Positions 1-10,110 of a stretch of DNA of 64,000 nt are shown here, piece by piece. The number at the start of each line of letters is the position of its first letter. Position 1 is the stretch's first letter. The position numbers were made by a program, and so were the translations under genes. Source of the stretch: Candidatus Latescibacterota bacterium (GTDB lineage: Bacteria; Latescibacterota; UBA2968; GCA-2709665); the NCBI GenBank assembly GCA_965222075.1, contig OZ244937.1, positions 4,064,001 to 4,128,000 of the forward strand. Reading direction: 5' to 3'. Below the pieces are notes generated by a model. That model saw nothing but the letters and a program-made list of their open reading frames with translations. It was not told the DNA's origin and ran no database searches.

Positions 1-1
1 C

Positions 2-226
2 CCGCCGTTGAGCCGGCCTATCCCGTACATTCACGACCTGTCTAAGGCAGAGCGTGAATTCGGCTTTAAAACCACGCCCGTGGAAGAATGGATTCAAACA
101 ACCGTGGGCTGGTATCGCGATCAATACCGGGGGGGAAACGCAACAGGGTATGAATATCGAGAAGAGGAAGCGGCGCTTGCGGTAGCGTGGAAAACAGCCT
201 TCGACACGTTAGTCTCGGCATTTTAA
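2..226 (+). CDS. C-terminal part of probable NAD-dependent epimerase/dehydratase (5' truncated by window edge)
   Basis: Open frame from window start; DLSKAEREFGFKTTPVEEWIQTTVGWY resembles the extended-SDR C-terminus. Confidence 0.6.
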   Translation, partial: PPLSRPIPYIHDLSKAEREFGFKTTPVEEWIQTTVGWYRDQYRGGNATGYEYREEEAALAVAWKTAFDTLVSAF

Positions 227-249
227 TCCCCAGCCAGGGAGACCACCTT

Positions 250-1005
250 ATGCCCGACCAGAACGCCGAAGCCCGGCTTGCAGGAAAAATCGTCCTTGTC
301 ACCGGAGGCGGCCGAGGCATCGGCCGGGCCATCGCCATCGCCTGCGCCCATGAGGGCGCGAACCTCTGCCTGGTTGCCCGGACCCAATCGCAGATCGAAT
401 CCGTCGCCGGTGAAATCCAGGCCCTCGGTCGGCGGGCCGTCGCCATTCCCGCCGACGTCACCGATGCGGACTCGGTCAACGCCCTGGCCGAACAGGTGCG
501 CGAGGCCTTCGGCCGCATCGACATCCTGTTCAACAACGCCGGGGGCGGCATCGAGCCCAAACCCATCCTCGAAAGCGACCCCGACCTTTGGGTAAAAGAC
601 GTCACCGTCAACCTCACCAGCGCTTACCTCGTCACCCGCGCCCTCCTGCCCCTCATCGTAGGCACCGGCGGCGGCAAAATCATCAATATCGGCTCTGGTA
701 TGGGCCACCGCTCCGGCCCGAAAAGCTCCGCCTACCACGTGGGCAAAGCCGGGCTGTGGATGTTCACCCGCTGCCTGGCCGAAGAAGTGTGGGAACACGG
801 CATCGACGTCAACGAACTCATCCCCGGACCCGTTGAAACCCACCTCACCCGCGGCCGGATGCGGGCCGGCGGCTCCCCGCCCTTCGCCCCCAGCGAACGC
901 GTCAAATCCCCCGAAGACGTGGTCCCCCTTGCTGTCTATCTGGCCACCCAGCCCCCCGGCGGCCCCACGGCCCAGTCCTTCAGCCTCACCCGGCGGCCGA
1001 TCTGA
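250..1005 (+). CDS. SDR family oxidoreductase
   Basis: TGGGRGIG, NNAG and YHVGK (YxxxK) motifs; GGGAG RBS before ATG 250. Confidence 0.93.
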   Translation: MPDQNAEARLAGKIVLVTGGGRGIGRAIAIACAHEGANLCLVARTQSQIESVAGEIQALGRRAVAIPADVTDADSVNALAEQVREAFGRIDILFNNAGGGIEPKPILESDPDLWVKDVTVNLTSAYLVTRALLPLIVGTGGGKIINIGSGMGHRSGPKSSAYHVGKAGLWMFTRCLAEEVWEHGIDVNELIPGPVETHLTRGRMRAGGSPPFAPSERVKSPEDVVPLAVYLATQPPGGPTAQSFSLTRRPI

Positions 1006-1031
1006 CCCCGTTCAGAGGCGGACAGACAGCT

Positions 1032-1826
1032 TTACGCCTTCCCCAACACCTCCCGCATCGCCTCCCCTTCCGTCTTGAACCATGCCCGCAGGATACTCAC
1101 ATCCGTTCCCAGACAGAAATGCTTCACCCCCATATCCAGATACCTCTGCGCCTGGTCCGGGCTTCCGATTTCAGCCCGGGGCTGGATGCCCAGCTTCAGC
1201 GACGTCTCGATCACGTATTTCTCTGCCTCCTTCACCTTCGGGTGGTCAAACTCCCCGGGATGTCCGATGCTCATCGAATAGTCGCCCGGACCGAACTGCA
1301 CCATATCCACTCCCTTGACCGACAGGAGCGCCTCTAAGTTCTCCACGGCGGGGGCCTTCTCAATCATCACCATAATCACCGCATCTTCCATCGCCTGCAC
1401 AAAGGCCGGGCTGCCCGCCTCCGCTCCAAAGCCCACATTCCGTCGCGAGCTGGCCCCGTGCCTCCCGCCGGTCCCGGGCGTCTCTGCACGTACGGCTTCA
1501 ACACATTCCCGAACATCTTCCACCGTCCGCACGTCTGCAAACAGCACATTCTGAATGCCCGCCCCGATCGCACGGCCCGCCAGGTGGCTCCTCGGCTCCT
1601 GTTCAACTTTGATCATCGCTGTCAGGTGGTCGAACAGTTCCACAGCCCGGGCGATATGTTCAAACGTGTGGAGGTCGTAGGGCGCATACTCGGACACGTA
1701 TTCCACATAGTCGAACATCCCCGAAGCTCCCACCAGTTCCACGATTGACGGCCAGGGGCTGTGCACGTGGGTACCCAGGCTCGGTTCATCGGCATCCAAC
1801 AGTTCACGAAGTCGATTCTTGCGCAT
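1032..1826 (-). CDS. HpcH/HpaI aldolase family protein
   Basis: VSEYAP, MVMIEK, GVDMVQFGPGDYSMSIG motifs; GGAGGA RBS. Confidence 0.88.
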   Translation of the reverse strand: MRKNRLRELLDADEPSLGTHVHSPWPSIVELVGASGMFDYVEYVSEYAPYDLHTFEHIARAVELFDHLTAMIKVEQEPRSHLAGRAIGAGIQNVLFADVRTVEDVRECVEAVRAETPGTGGRHGASSRRNVGFGAEAGSPAFVQAMEDAVIMVMIEKAPAVENLEALLSVKGVDMVQFGPGDYSMSIGHPGEFDHPKVKEAEKYVIETSLKLGIQPRAEIGSPDQAQRYLDMGVKHFCLGTDVSILRAWFKTEGEAMREVLGKA

Positions 1827-1860
1827 GCTCTCATCCTCCCGTCGGGCTAAAAATTTGAAT

Positions 1861-2619
1861 TCACTGCCCCGCGGACCCAAACGGCCTCAATGCCCGAATC
1901 TCCAGAATATGGGCGGCAATCTCGTCCGCGGAAACATCCAGCATACGCTCCCCCTTCTCGGCGGTTGCCGGCCGGGGATCGCCCACCCCGCCGTGCTGCG
2001 TGCGCTGGTCGAACCGGTGATAGGAAGCCACGCCTGGCACCCGCATGCCGTCGCGCTCCCCGTCCGCATCCAGCCGGTCGGTGCGCACCAGTTCCGGGCG
2101 TATCGCCAGAATCATCGATGTCTCGGTCTCTCCCGCATGCCCGGAGCCGTCCGAGCCCAGCTCGCGAATCTCGTTCAACCGCTCCGCCCCACCCCAGGCC
2201 CACCGCGAATAAAACTCCGCGCCGCTGTCGCCGAAGCGCTCCATCAGCCGCTGCAGCAGAGCCGAGATATTCGCGCTATTGCCCCCGTGGCTGTTCTGAA
2301 TCAGAATCTTCTTGAAACCGTGCCCTACCATTGAAGCCACGATATCCATCATCATCAGCAGGTGGGTCTCCGACACCGCGCTTACCGTGCCCGGATACCG
2401 GATGTGGTGTTGGGAGTATCCCAGCCACTGCACGGGCAAAACCAGCACATCGTTCGGAAAGCGCTCGTGCACGCGCCGGGCCACCTCTCCTCCGATCAGG
2501 CTATCGGTAAAAACCGGAAGGTGCAGGCTGTGCTGTTCGCAGGACGCCACAGGAATCAACACCACAATATCCCGCGGCAAAGCGTCAATCTCGGGAGATG
2601 TCATCTCGGCCAGAATCAT
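1861..2619 (-). CDS. Creatininase/mycofactocin-peptidase family amidohydrolase
   Basis: EQHSLHLP..TD, NSHGGN, HAGETETS motifs. Confidence 0.92.
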   Translation of the reverse strand: MILAEMTSPEIDALPRDIVVLIPVASCEQHSLHLPVFTDSLIGGEVARRVHERFPNDVLVLPVQWLGYSQHHIRYPGTVSAVSETHLLMMMDIVASMVGHGFKKILIQNSHGGNSANISALLQRLMERFGDSGAEFYSRWAWGGAERLNEIRELGSDGSGHAGETETSMILAIRPELVRTDRLDADGERDGMRVPGVASYHRFDQRTQHGGVGDPRPATAEKGERMLDVSADEIAAHILEIRALRPFGSAGQ

Positions 2620-2650
2620 AGCAACTACCTTTTGTAAGAATGAAAAAACG

Positions 2651-3310
2651 CTACGGCGGCCCTGCCTTTTCCACATCCGTCAGCTCGAAATCGATCTCCG
2701 GATGCTCCAGCGCAGCCAAATCGCTCTTCGACCGCTTGCGCAGAATCACACCGCTGAAATAGACCCAGTCCAGTTCCGCCAGTTCCCCAAACCGCTCGAT
2801 CGGCTTGTTCCCACGGCAGTAAAAATACAAACGGCTTTCTGCAATCGGACCTTCCGACCTCACCCTGCCGGATGCGATCTCGCACCTGGGCTGTAGCATC
2901 TCCGGCCGTGTTCCCAGCGGAAGGCGTTCGATCCGGCCGTACCAGCTGTGAACGGCCAGTCCCTCGATCTCTTTTAAAAAACCCTTCCACTTTTCCCGGG
3001 CCGGCCTCTCAATCTGTTCCCGCTGCTCTCTGAACCGTTTCCTGGCCTGCTCGGCCACGCCCTTTCGACCCATAGAATCAAAGGTTAGAGTCAAGTTGCC
3101 GGCCTTGCCCAGCTCCCTGTCGGCCGTCCGTTTCGCCTCCCGCAACTCGGCTCGCACAGCCTCCAACCTTAAAAAGAACCCCTCCTGATCGGCCGATGTG
3201 GATTCGGGAAATCGTCCGGGGTCCCTGCTACACGAAATCGCCAGCGCAAGACATCCCAAAATCAACCACGACCGGCTTGCGATCTGCCATTTGCAATTTT
3301 CAACGTGCAA
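2651..3310 (-). CDS. Hypothetical lipoprotein
   Basis: 219-aa ORF in operon orientation; hydrophobic stretch ending in lipobox-like LAISC; start uncertain. Confidence 0.6.
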   Translation of the reverse strand: MHVENCKWQIASRSWLILGCLALAISCSRDPGRFPESTSADQEGFFLRLEAVRAELREAKRTADRELGKAGNLTLTFDSMGRKGVAEQARKRFREQREQIERPAREKWKGFLKEIEGLAVHSWYGRIERLPLGTRPEMLQPRCEIASGRVRSEGPIAESRLYFYCRGNKPIERFGELAELDWVYFSGVILRKRSKSDLAALEHPEIDFELTDVEKAGPP

Positions 3311-3505
3311 TTTTCTACCTCACCCGCCCGCGCCGTTCCCGGCGCAGCATCGCAACCACAACACGCCCCAGCGCGCACCCGATCAGCCCGTATAGCTATG
3401 GATTCAGGCTAAATATATCACAAAGGCCGTGAGCGTCAAGCCTTAACTACCGGACTAACCCCCCGGCCTCCTTCTCTTCAGGGTTGGGACCTTGGGTTGA
3501 GGGGG

Positions 3506-4531
3506 CTACCTGTCGAAAGCCTGTAATACATTCCCCACGCATGTTCCCACCGTCTCAAGATCGTATCCCCCCTCCTGCGCCAGAAGCGTGGGTAGCCCCA
3601 TCTGTCCGAGCCGTTCCCCGATGTGTGTAAACGCCTCTAAAGACAGTCCAAAATCCCCCAGCGGATCTCCCTGATAGGTATCCACCCCCAGCGAAACCAC
3701 GAAGAACGCCGGACCAAACGCGTGGACCGCGTCCAGCGCCCGATCCAGTACCTCCAGGTAGCGCGCCTCGTCCACCCCCGCCTCCTCCAGCGGAAAATTT
3801 CGACTGAACCCCCGGCCGCCTCCCTGGCCCTCCTCATCGGCAAACCCGCTGAAATACGGATATTTCCGGTTGGGATCGGTGTGGATTGACACGAACAGCA
3901 CCTCATTGGAATCGTAAAAGATATCCTGTGTTCCGTTCCCGTGGTGGAAGTCAACATCCAGAATAGCCACCCGCCCCTCCCGGCTCAACTGAGCCGCTGC
4001 AATCGCCGCGTTGTTTAGATAACAGTACCCGCCGTAAACATCCCGCCCCGCGTGGTGCCCCGGGGGCCGGCAGAGCGCATAGGCTGCCCGTTCCCCTTCC
4101 AGAAGCAGTTCTGCCCCAATCAGCGCGCATCCCGCAGATGCCAGTGCGGCCTCATACGTCCCCTCCAGAATCGGCGTCTGCGTCTCAAAACAGTAATATC
4201 CCGCCTGGTAAATGAGCGTGTCCGGCTTCCCCCTCAATGTCCGCATCGCAAACGTATCGGGAATAAGTCCGGCCGCCGATGTTCCTCCTGCATCCACCCA
4301 CGCCGCATAGACATGCTCCAGATAATGCAGATAGCCCGGATCGTGCACTGCCCGGATCGCATCCGGCGCAAACGTCCGGGAAAAAATCACCTCCGTGAAT
4401 CCCCGCGCGTTCAGAGCTTGCAAAACCCGCTCCGCCCGCTCCGGAACCTCCGGGTACGGCACCATCCCGTCTTTTATAAACTGATAAGGCGGAGCGTGTT
4501 GATTGTGCTTTTCCGAATAGATGATTTTCAT
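3506..4531 (-). CDS. Histone deacetylase family / acetylpolyamine amidohydrolase
   Basis: RPPGHHA, GYCYLNNAAIAA, DVDFHHGNGTQ, QEGGY motifs. Confidence 0.93.
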   Translation of the reverse strand: MKIIYSEKHNQHAPPYQFIKDGMVPYPEVPERAERVLQALNARGFTEVIFSRTFAPDAIRAVHDPGYLHYLEHVYAAWVDAGGTSAAGLIPDTFAMRTLRGKPDTLIYQAGYYCFETQTPILEGTYEAALASAGCALIGAELLLEGERAAYALCRPPGHHAGRDVYGGYCYLNNAAIAAAQLSREGRVAILDVDFHHGNGTQDIFYDSNEVLFVSIHTDPNRKYPYFSGFADEEGQGGGRGFSRNFPLEEAGVDEARYLEVLDRALDAVHAFGPAFFVVSLGVDTYQGDPLGDFGLSLEAFTHIGERLGQMGLPTLLAQEGGYDLETVGTCVGNVLQAFDR

Positions 4532-4599
4532 AGAAAACTTCCCAGATAGCAGATAAAGAAATACCCGTGCGGGGTCGAGCAGTCAGCCGTCCTTCTGCT

Positions 4600-5061
4600 C
4601 TACGATGGTCGGTTTGTGCGCATCACGTCCTGGATGGTCTCGTCGAGACGCTGGAGAAAGCGGGAGCGATCTCGTTTCTCAAAGGGAGCCGGTCCCCCCG
4701 TCATAGTCCCGAGATCGCGGAGATGAGTCAGGAGCTCCCGGTTTGCGAGGGCCTCGCCGATGGAACCCTCGGTGAAAACCCGACCCCGTGGACCCAGCAC
4801 CGGAACACCCTTTTCCAGGCACCGAGAGGCAAGGGGGATGTCTCCGGAGATCACGATATCGCCTCTGGTGACATGCTCGACAATCCAGTCATCGGCCGCG
4901 TCGAGCTGTCCACCCACAACAACCCGTTCGAGCCAGTCCTCATCAGGAACCCGCATCCACGAATTCGACACCAGGATGACCTTGAGCCCGTAGCGTTTTG
5001 CCACACGGTAGACCTCCTGTTTCACCGGGCAGCCATCCGCATCCACGAAGATGTCCAACAC
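4600..5061 (-). CDS. YaiI/YqxD (DUF188) family protein
   Basis: IFVDADGCPVK, DAADDWIV, DIPLA, GGPAPF motifs. Confidence 0.9.
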   Translation of the reverse strand: MLDIFVDADGCPVKQEVYRVAKRYGLKVILVSNSWMRVPDEDWLERVVVGGQLDAADDWIVEHVTRGDIVISGDIPLASRCLEKGVPVLGPRGRVFTEGSIGEALANRELLTHLRDLGTMTGGPAPFEKRDRSRFLQRLDETIQDVMRTNRPS

Positions 5062-5224
5062 CCCTGGACCTTTCGCTGTGATGAGGCGAGTTATTCAGCC
5101 CCATGTCGATCCGAGATACGAAAAGCGCCATCCGGGTAAGGATGGCGTCAACCGTTCATCACGATCTTGAATTCGCCTGCATTTCCCCAGACACAAGTGG
5201 TCCGTAAAAAACACCTTCGGGCGG

Positions 5225-6505
5225 TCAGACAGGGCCAAATTCCCTCTGTCCCCCTTCCACCACCGGCGTCTCCGTACACCGCCTGTACAAATCCTCAAAC
5301 TCCCCCGACCCATCGTCCAGCCGGATCTCCATCCGGACCCCCCGCACAAACCCCGGCAGGTTGCCAAAGTAAAACGCCTCGTGCCGCTGGTGTTCGCCTC
5401 CAAAACACCACCGCAGGCCGTCGGGGTAGACCACCGTGGAAATGCGTCGGAGGGTGGGCTCAGGCGGTTCTACCCGCTGTGCTTCAACCGCCGCCTCGTC
5501 CACCTCAACCCCCAGCCCCGTCCCTTCCGGAACCGGCATCCACCCGGCAATCGGCCTGGGGGGAGACGCGATATCCCGCTGCCGGATGTCGTGTGCCGCC
5601 AGGTGGGAGAGCAGCCCCTGCTTGCAGGTTGACGCTACGTGCGCCACCCAGGCCGCTCGCAGCCCCGTCCCCACCGTCTGAATCCAGAACGGCATCCGGG
5701 CCTCATCGGCCACACCGGCACGCTGACGGATCGTCTCCACATCGTCGCCTCCCAGCACGAACCCGTCGCAGAGCCGCCTTGCAATCTGAACTCCGGCCGG
5801 TGTGCCCTTGTCGAATTCCGGGTCCGACCTCACGTGGCAGCAGCCGCTGCCGTAATGGGCGGCAATCGGCCGGTCGATTTTGCGGCACAGGATCTTGTAG
5901 CCCTCCGCATCCCGCTGTGGAATCGGCGACTCGAACCCGCCCACGCAATCGTACCGGGACAGCTCCCGGAGAATCGGCAGCGCCTGGCGGGCCTCCCGGA
6001 GGTGCCCGTTAAAATCCAACCAGAACGCGAATCCCGGCGGCGCAACCCTGGACACGGCCTCAATCTGTTCTACAATATCCCACCAGGGCCGGGTCTTGAA
6101 CTTGAACGTCCTGTACCCCAGGGAAGCGGCATGCCGGATCTGCTTTACATACACGTCGGGGGGAAGGTCGATGGTCCAGTAGGCAAAGGGCACCCGGCGC
6201 CGGACCTGCCGCCCCATCAGCGCGTGCGCCGGCAGTCCCAGTGCCTTTCCCACCGCATCGTAACAGGCCATCTGCACCCCCCCGTGCGTGATATCCCGCA
6301 ATCCCGCCACTGCGTCCCGGCCGATGAACCCGCCCGCCTCGGTGGGTGCCCCCATCTGATCCCCGTACCCGACCGCTCCGGAAGCCAGGCGAACCCGGTA
6401 GAGTGTGACCGCCTCCAGCGTCTTCTGCGAGAGGTGCATGAACGGCGCCATTTCAGGCAGAAAGGGCATCTTGAGCGGAATCACCTCAATATCGGTAATC
6501 TTCAC
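5225..6505 (-). CDS. Mandelate racemase/muconate lactonizing (enolase superfamily) enzyme
   Basis: MACYDAVGKALG, KFK, DFN, ESP, PEGTGLGVEVD motifs. Confidence 0.85.
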   Translation of the reverse strand: MKITDIEVIPLKMPFLPEMAPFMHLSQKTLEAVTLYRVRLASGAVGYGDQMGAPTEAGGFIGRDAVAGLRDITHGGVQMACYDAVGKALGLPAHALMGRQVRRRVPFAYWTIDLPPDVYVKQIRHAASLGYRTFKFKTRPWWDIVEQIEAVSRVAPPGFAFWLDFNGHLREARQALPILRELSRYDCVGGFESPIPQRDAEGYKILCRKIDRPIAAHYGSGCCHVRSDPEFDKGTPAGVQIARRLCDGFVLGGDDVETIRQRAGVADEARMPFWIQTVGTGLRAAWVAHVASTCKQGLLSHLAAHDIRQRDIASPPRPIAGWMPVPEGTGLGVEVDEAAVEAQRVEPPEPTLRRISTVVYPDGLRWCFGGEHQRHEAFYFGNLPGFVRGVRMEIRLDDGSGEFEDLYRRCTETPVVEGGQREFGPV

Positions 6506-6756
6506 AACAAACCTCGCACGCTTAAAGGTGATGCGACCCGAATAAATACCTCATAATTAAGGGAATTGTGCCGATATTTTCAATACGCATCCGGCGCTTT
6601 GCCATACGGAGGTGAACACCCGGTATTTTACGACACATCGGACGGCCGCGCAAGCCTTATTTGGGCACCCGAAAAACACGTGACAAACGCCCTTCGAGTC
6701 AATATCTTTGGGAAATTCACCTTTGATCGACAACAGTCGTCAGAAGGGAGCCAGAG

Positions 6757-8049
6757 ATGGACAGCGAAGAGGCGGGAAAACTGCTCGAACGCGCCGACCG
6801 GTACCTGGCCGGCGGCAGCCTGGGAATGTTCCGGATGCCCGATGAAGTGGCCACGGTCTTCCACCGGGGAGAGGGCAGCCGGCTATACGACACGACCGGC
6901 CGGGAATACATCGACTACGTGATGGGCTCCGGCCCCATGATTCTGGGGCATGCGCACCCGGCCGTGGTGGCCGCCGTCCGGGAACAGGTGGGCCTGGGGT
7001 CCACTTTTTACGGACTCAACGAACCGGCCATTCGTCTGGCCGAGCGGATTGTGAACGCCGTGCCCTGCGGAGAGCAGATCCGGTTCACCTCCTCCGGCAC
7101 TGAAGGCACCTTCTCTGCCATCCGCCTGGCCCGGGCCTTTACCGGGCGTGAGAAAATTCTCAAATTTGAAGGTGGTTGGCACGGCGGCCACGACTACGCC
7201 CAGCAATCCGCCGCACCCTCGGAGCCTGCGGACTACCCGGCGCCGGTCGCGGATTCCGGAGGCATTCCCAGGGGAGCGTCACAGACCGTGCTGGTCGCCC
7301 CGTTCAACGATCCCGAAGCGGCAGCCGACATCGTCAAAACCCACGGCAGCGAACTGGCGGCCGTCATCCTCGAACCGCTTCAGCGGGCCATCCGGCCCCA
7401 GCCCGGTTATCTGGAAAGCTTGAGAGAGGTCACCCGGGCGCAGGGAGTGATGTTGATCTTCGACGAAGTCGTCACCGGTTTCCGTATTGCCTGGGGCGGG
7501 GCCCAGGAGCGCTACGGCGTGGTGCCCGACCTGGCCGTGTACGGAAAAACCATCAGCGGGGGCTATTCCCTGGCTGCCGTGTGCGGCCGGGCGGACGTCA
7601 TGGCCTGTGCGGATCGGAGGCGGACGTCTCCTCCCGTCTTCATCAGCGGCACCACAAACGGCAACCCCATCAGCACCACCGCCGGGCTGGCCACCCTGGA
7701 CGAACTGGAAAAAGAGGGCGTCTACCCCCGGCTTTACGCCCTCTCCGACCGGCTCAGAGCCGGCCTGGAAACCGTGGGCAGAGCAATGGGGTTCTGCTTC
7801 CAGGTCATCGGAGAAGGCCCGGTGCTGCAGCCCTTCTTCACCAATACGAACATCCGCAACCACGCCGATACCCTCAAAGCGGATACAGAGACCGTCCGGA
7901 GGTTTGGCATCGAACTGATCAAACGCGGCATCTTCGTCAACCCCACCGGAAAGCTCTACCTCTCGTTGGCGCTGTCGGACGACGACATCGACCACACGCT
8001 GGAGGCCGCGGGTGAGGCGTTCATCCAGATCAAAGCCGGGGGCCCATAA
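6757..8049 (+). CDS. Class III PLP aminotransferase (glutamate-1-semialdehyde aminomutase-like paralog)
   Basis: SGTEG, FEGGWHG, FDEVVTGFR, GKTISGG motifs. Confidence 0.88.
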   Translation: MDSEEAGKLLERADRYLAGGSLGMFRMPDEVATVFHRGEGSRLYDTTGREYIDYVMGSGPMILGHAHPAVVAAVREQVGLGSTFYGLNEPAIRLAERIVNAVPCGEQIRFTSSGTEGTFSAIRLARAFTGREKILKFEGGWHGGHDYAQQSAAPSEPADYPAPVADSGGIPRGASQTVLVAPFNDPEAAADIVKTHGSELAAVILEPLQRAIRPQPGYLESLREVTRAQGVMLIFDEVVTGFRIAWGGAQERYGVVPDLAVYGKTISGGYSLAAVCGRADVMACADRRRTSPPVFISGTTNGNPISTTAGLATLDELEKEGVYPRLYALSDRLRAGLETVGRAMGFCFQVIGEGPVLQPFFTNTNIRNHADTLKADTETVRRFGIELIKRGIFVNPTGKLYLSLALSDDDIDHTLEAAGEAFIQIKAGGP

Positions 8050-8140
8050 TCCCAAGGACCGAAAAAAGTTTGACATTCCCCTTTTGTGACTGCTATTTAT
8101 CCAGATGATGGCGTGTCTGAACAAACCAAAAGGAGGTGTT

Positions 8141-9025
8141 ATGGGAAACAACAACTATACCATGTCCGAAGAAGAGAAATACTTCTTCGACCTGACGGGC
8201 TACCTGATCGTTCGGGGCGCGCTGGAGCCCGGAGAGGTGGATGCGTGCAACCGCGCCATTGACCACTTTGCCGACAAAATCGCTGTCCGCTCCCTGGAAA
8301 AAGGAAGTCTGGCGCACGGTTCATCCGCGCTTGAGGGCCAAGCCGGCCGAAAGGAACTCACCGGCATGCTCGGCTGGCCTCCCCTTTACCGGGAGCCTTT
8401 CCGAAAGCTCCTGGTCCACCCGGTGGTGGTCTCCCGGTTAAACGAGCTCTCCGGAAAGGGTTTCCGTCTGGACCACGGCCCCCTCCTGATCGGGGCCGAA
8501 AGCGGAACCGAAGGCCACCAGCTGCACGGGGCGGGAGAACCCTTCAGCCCGGCCGTCTGGTACCACCAGCAGAACGGCCGGATCGACTGCAGGGGCATCA
8601 CCGTGGCCTGGCAGCTGGCCGATGTCAACGCGGGCGACGGGGGCTTTGCGATCGTCCCGGGCAGCCACAAAGCCTGCGAACCCACCCCCGGTGGGGTCAA
8701 AAGCGTAGAGGACAACATGGGCCTGGTGGTACAGCCCGCGATGAAAGCCGGCGATGTCCTCTTCTTCGCGGAAACCGCCACCCACGGTACTCTCCCCTGG
8801 AAAGGTAAGGGGGAGCGGCGCTCCGTGCTCTACAAATACGCCTCCCGGGCCGCAGCCCGCGCTGTGGGACGCTTTTTCACCCCCCGGCAGCGTCACGGCG
8901 AGTGGACGGACGATCTCACTCCCGAACAGCGGGCCGTCCTCTACGGCCCGGGCGTTCACTCAAGCGGCACGCTTCCCATCCTGGCGTCCGACGGGGAGAA
9001 GACCCGGGTTGCAGGGCACAGATAG
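8141..9025 (+). CDS. PhyH-family Fe(II)/2-oxoglutarate oxygenase, HxA variant
   Basis: GGFAIVPGSHK, GDVLFF..THG, RRSV; AGGAGG RBS before ATG 8141. Confidence 0.85.
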   Translation: MGNNNYTMSEEEKYFFDLTGYLIVRGALEPGEVDACNRAIDHFADKIAVRSLEKGSLAHGSSALEGQAGRKELTGMLGWPPLYREPFRKLLVHPVVVSRLNELSGKGFRLDHGPLLIGAESGTEGHQLHGAGEPFSPAVWYHQQNGRIDCRGITVAWQLADVNAGDGGFAIVPGSHKACEPTPGGVKSVEDNMGLVVQPAMKAGDVLFFAETATHGTLPWKGKGERRSVLYKYASRAAARAVGRFFTPRQRHGEWTDDLTPEQRAVLYGPGVHSSGTLPILASDGEKTRVAGHR

Positions 9026-9120
9026 TGAAAGGGCAAACGGCCCTATCCCTCCACCTCCGGGCACGGCGCACAGGCCTTCCACAAGGCCGAACTTGAAAAT
9101 TTTTGAAAGGAAGATCAACT

Positions 9121-9975
9121 ATGGACGCACGCGAACGCTACTTCTGGGACCTCACCGGATACCTGGTGGTCCGGAACGTCCTCACCCCCGATGAAATCGC
9201 CGCCGCCAACGAAACCGTCGAACGCTATACGGACCACATCCAGGCGGGCGAAGACAACGCGCTGGCCGGGGAGTCCGAGCGGCTGAAGGGCACCGGGCGG
9301 CCGATGCTCACCGGCATGCTCGAATTTGAAAAACCCTACTGCGAGCCTTTCCGGAACATGCTGGTCCACCCGGTTGTGGTGCAGCGCCTGAACACTATGT
9401 GCAGCACGGGCTTCCGCCTCGACCACGGCCCCTGGGTCATCACCAGCCCAAAAGGCACGTCGGGCCACCGGATGCACGGGTCGGGGCAACCCCACAGGCC
9501 CCACGTGGCCTACCACCACCAGAACGGCGCCACCTATTGCGGCGGCGTCACCGTTGCCTGGCAGTTGACCGACTGCCCCAAAGGCATGGGGGGATTCGCC
9601 TGTGTGCCCGGCAGCCACAAATCCCGTTTGTCCATGCCCGGAGGCGTGAGCACCGGCGACAACGACATGGGCCTCATCGTCCAGCCGGAACTGAAGGCCG
9701 GAGACGTGCTCTTCTTTATGGACAGCGCCCAGTCCCACGGCGCCCTGCCCTGGAAAAGCGAAGTTACCCGCCGCTCCGTCCTCTTCAAATATGCGGGCCG
9801 GACGGCCATCCGCAGCGGCCGGGAGTTTGCGCCTCCCGAAATCTACTGGGGAGAGGAACTGGTGGAAGACATGACCGAAGAACAGCGCGCTGTCATGTAC
9901 GGCCCTTATTCCAACCACCGGGGCGAAGTCCCCTTCCTCACCGTAGAGGATGACGGCACGGTGAGGGTGGAATAG
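9121..9975 (+). CDS. PhyH-family Fe(II)/2-oxoglutarate oxygenase, HxS variant (paralog of upstream gene)
   Basis: GGFACVPGSHK, GDVLFF..SHG, RRSV; shares YF.DLTGYL and GFRLDHGP with upstream gene. Confidence 0.85.
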   Translation: MDARERYFWDLTGYLVVRNVLTPDEIAAANETVERYTDHIQAGEDNALAGESERLKGTGRPMLTGMLEFEKPYCEPFRNMLVHPVVVQRLNTMCSTGFRLDHGPWVITSPKGTSGHRMHGSGQPHRPHVAYHHQNGATYCGGVTVAWQLTDCPKGMGGFACVPGSHKSRLSMPGGVSTGDNDMGLIVQPELKAGDVLFFMDSAQSHGALPWKSEVTRRSVLFKYAGRTAIRSGREFAPPEIYWGEELVEDMTEEQRAVMYGPYSNHRGEVPFLTVEDDGTVRVE

Positions 9976-10110
9976 CCCGCCGGAGTCTGTCCGGAGATCG
10001 GAGGCCCCATGGAGGCCCCCCTCCAGCCCATCCGGATTCGGTCGGGAAAAGCCGGCCGGATCGCCGTGGTCCTCCCCTACACCGAAGACCGCGTTGCGAA
10101 GGAGAGATCC

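Noticed and set aside
6757-8049. Calling the aminotransferase hemL
   Set aside because: Divergent N-terminus and substrate loop (HGGHDY) and no tetrapyrrole genes nearby.
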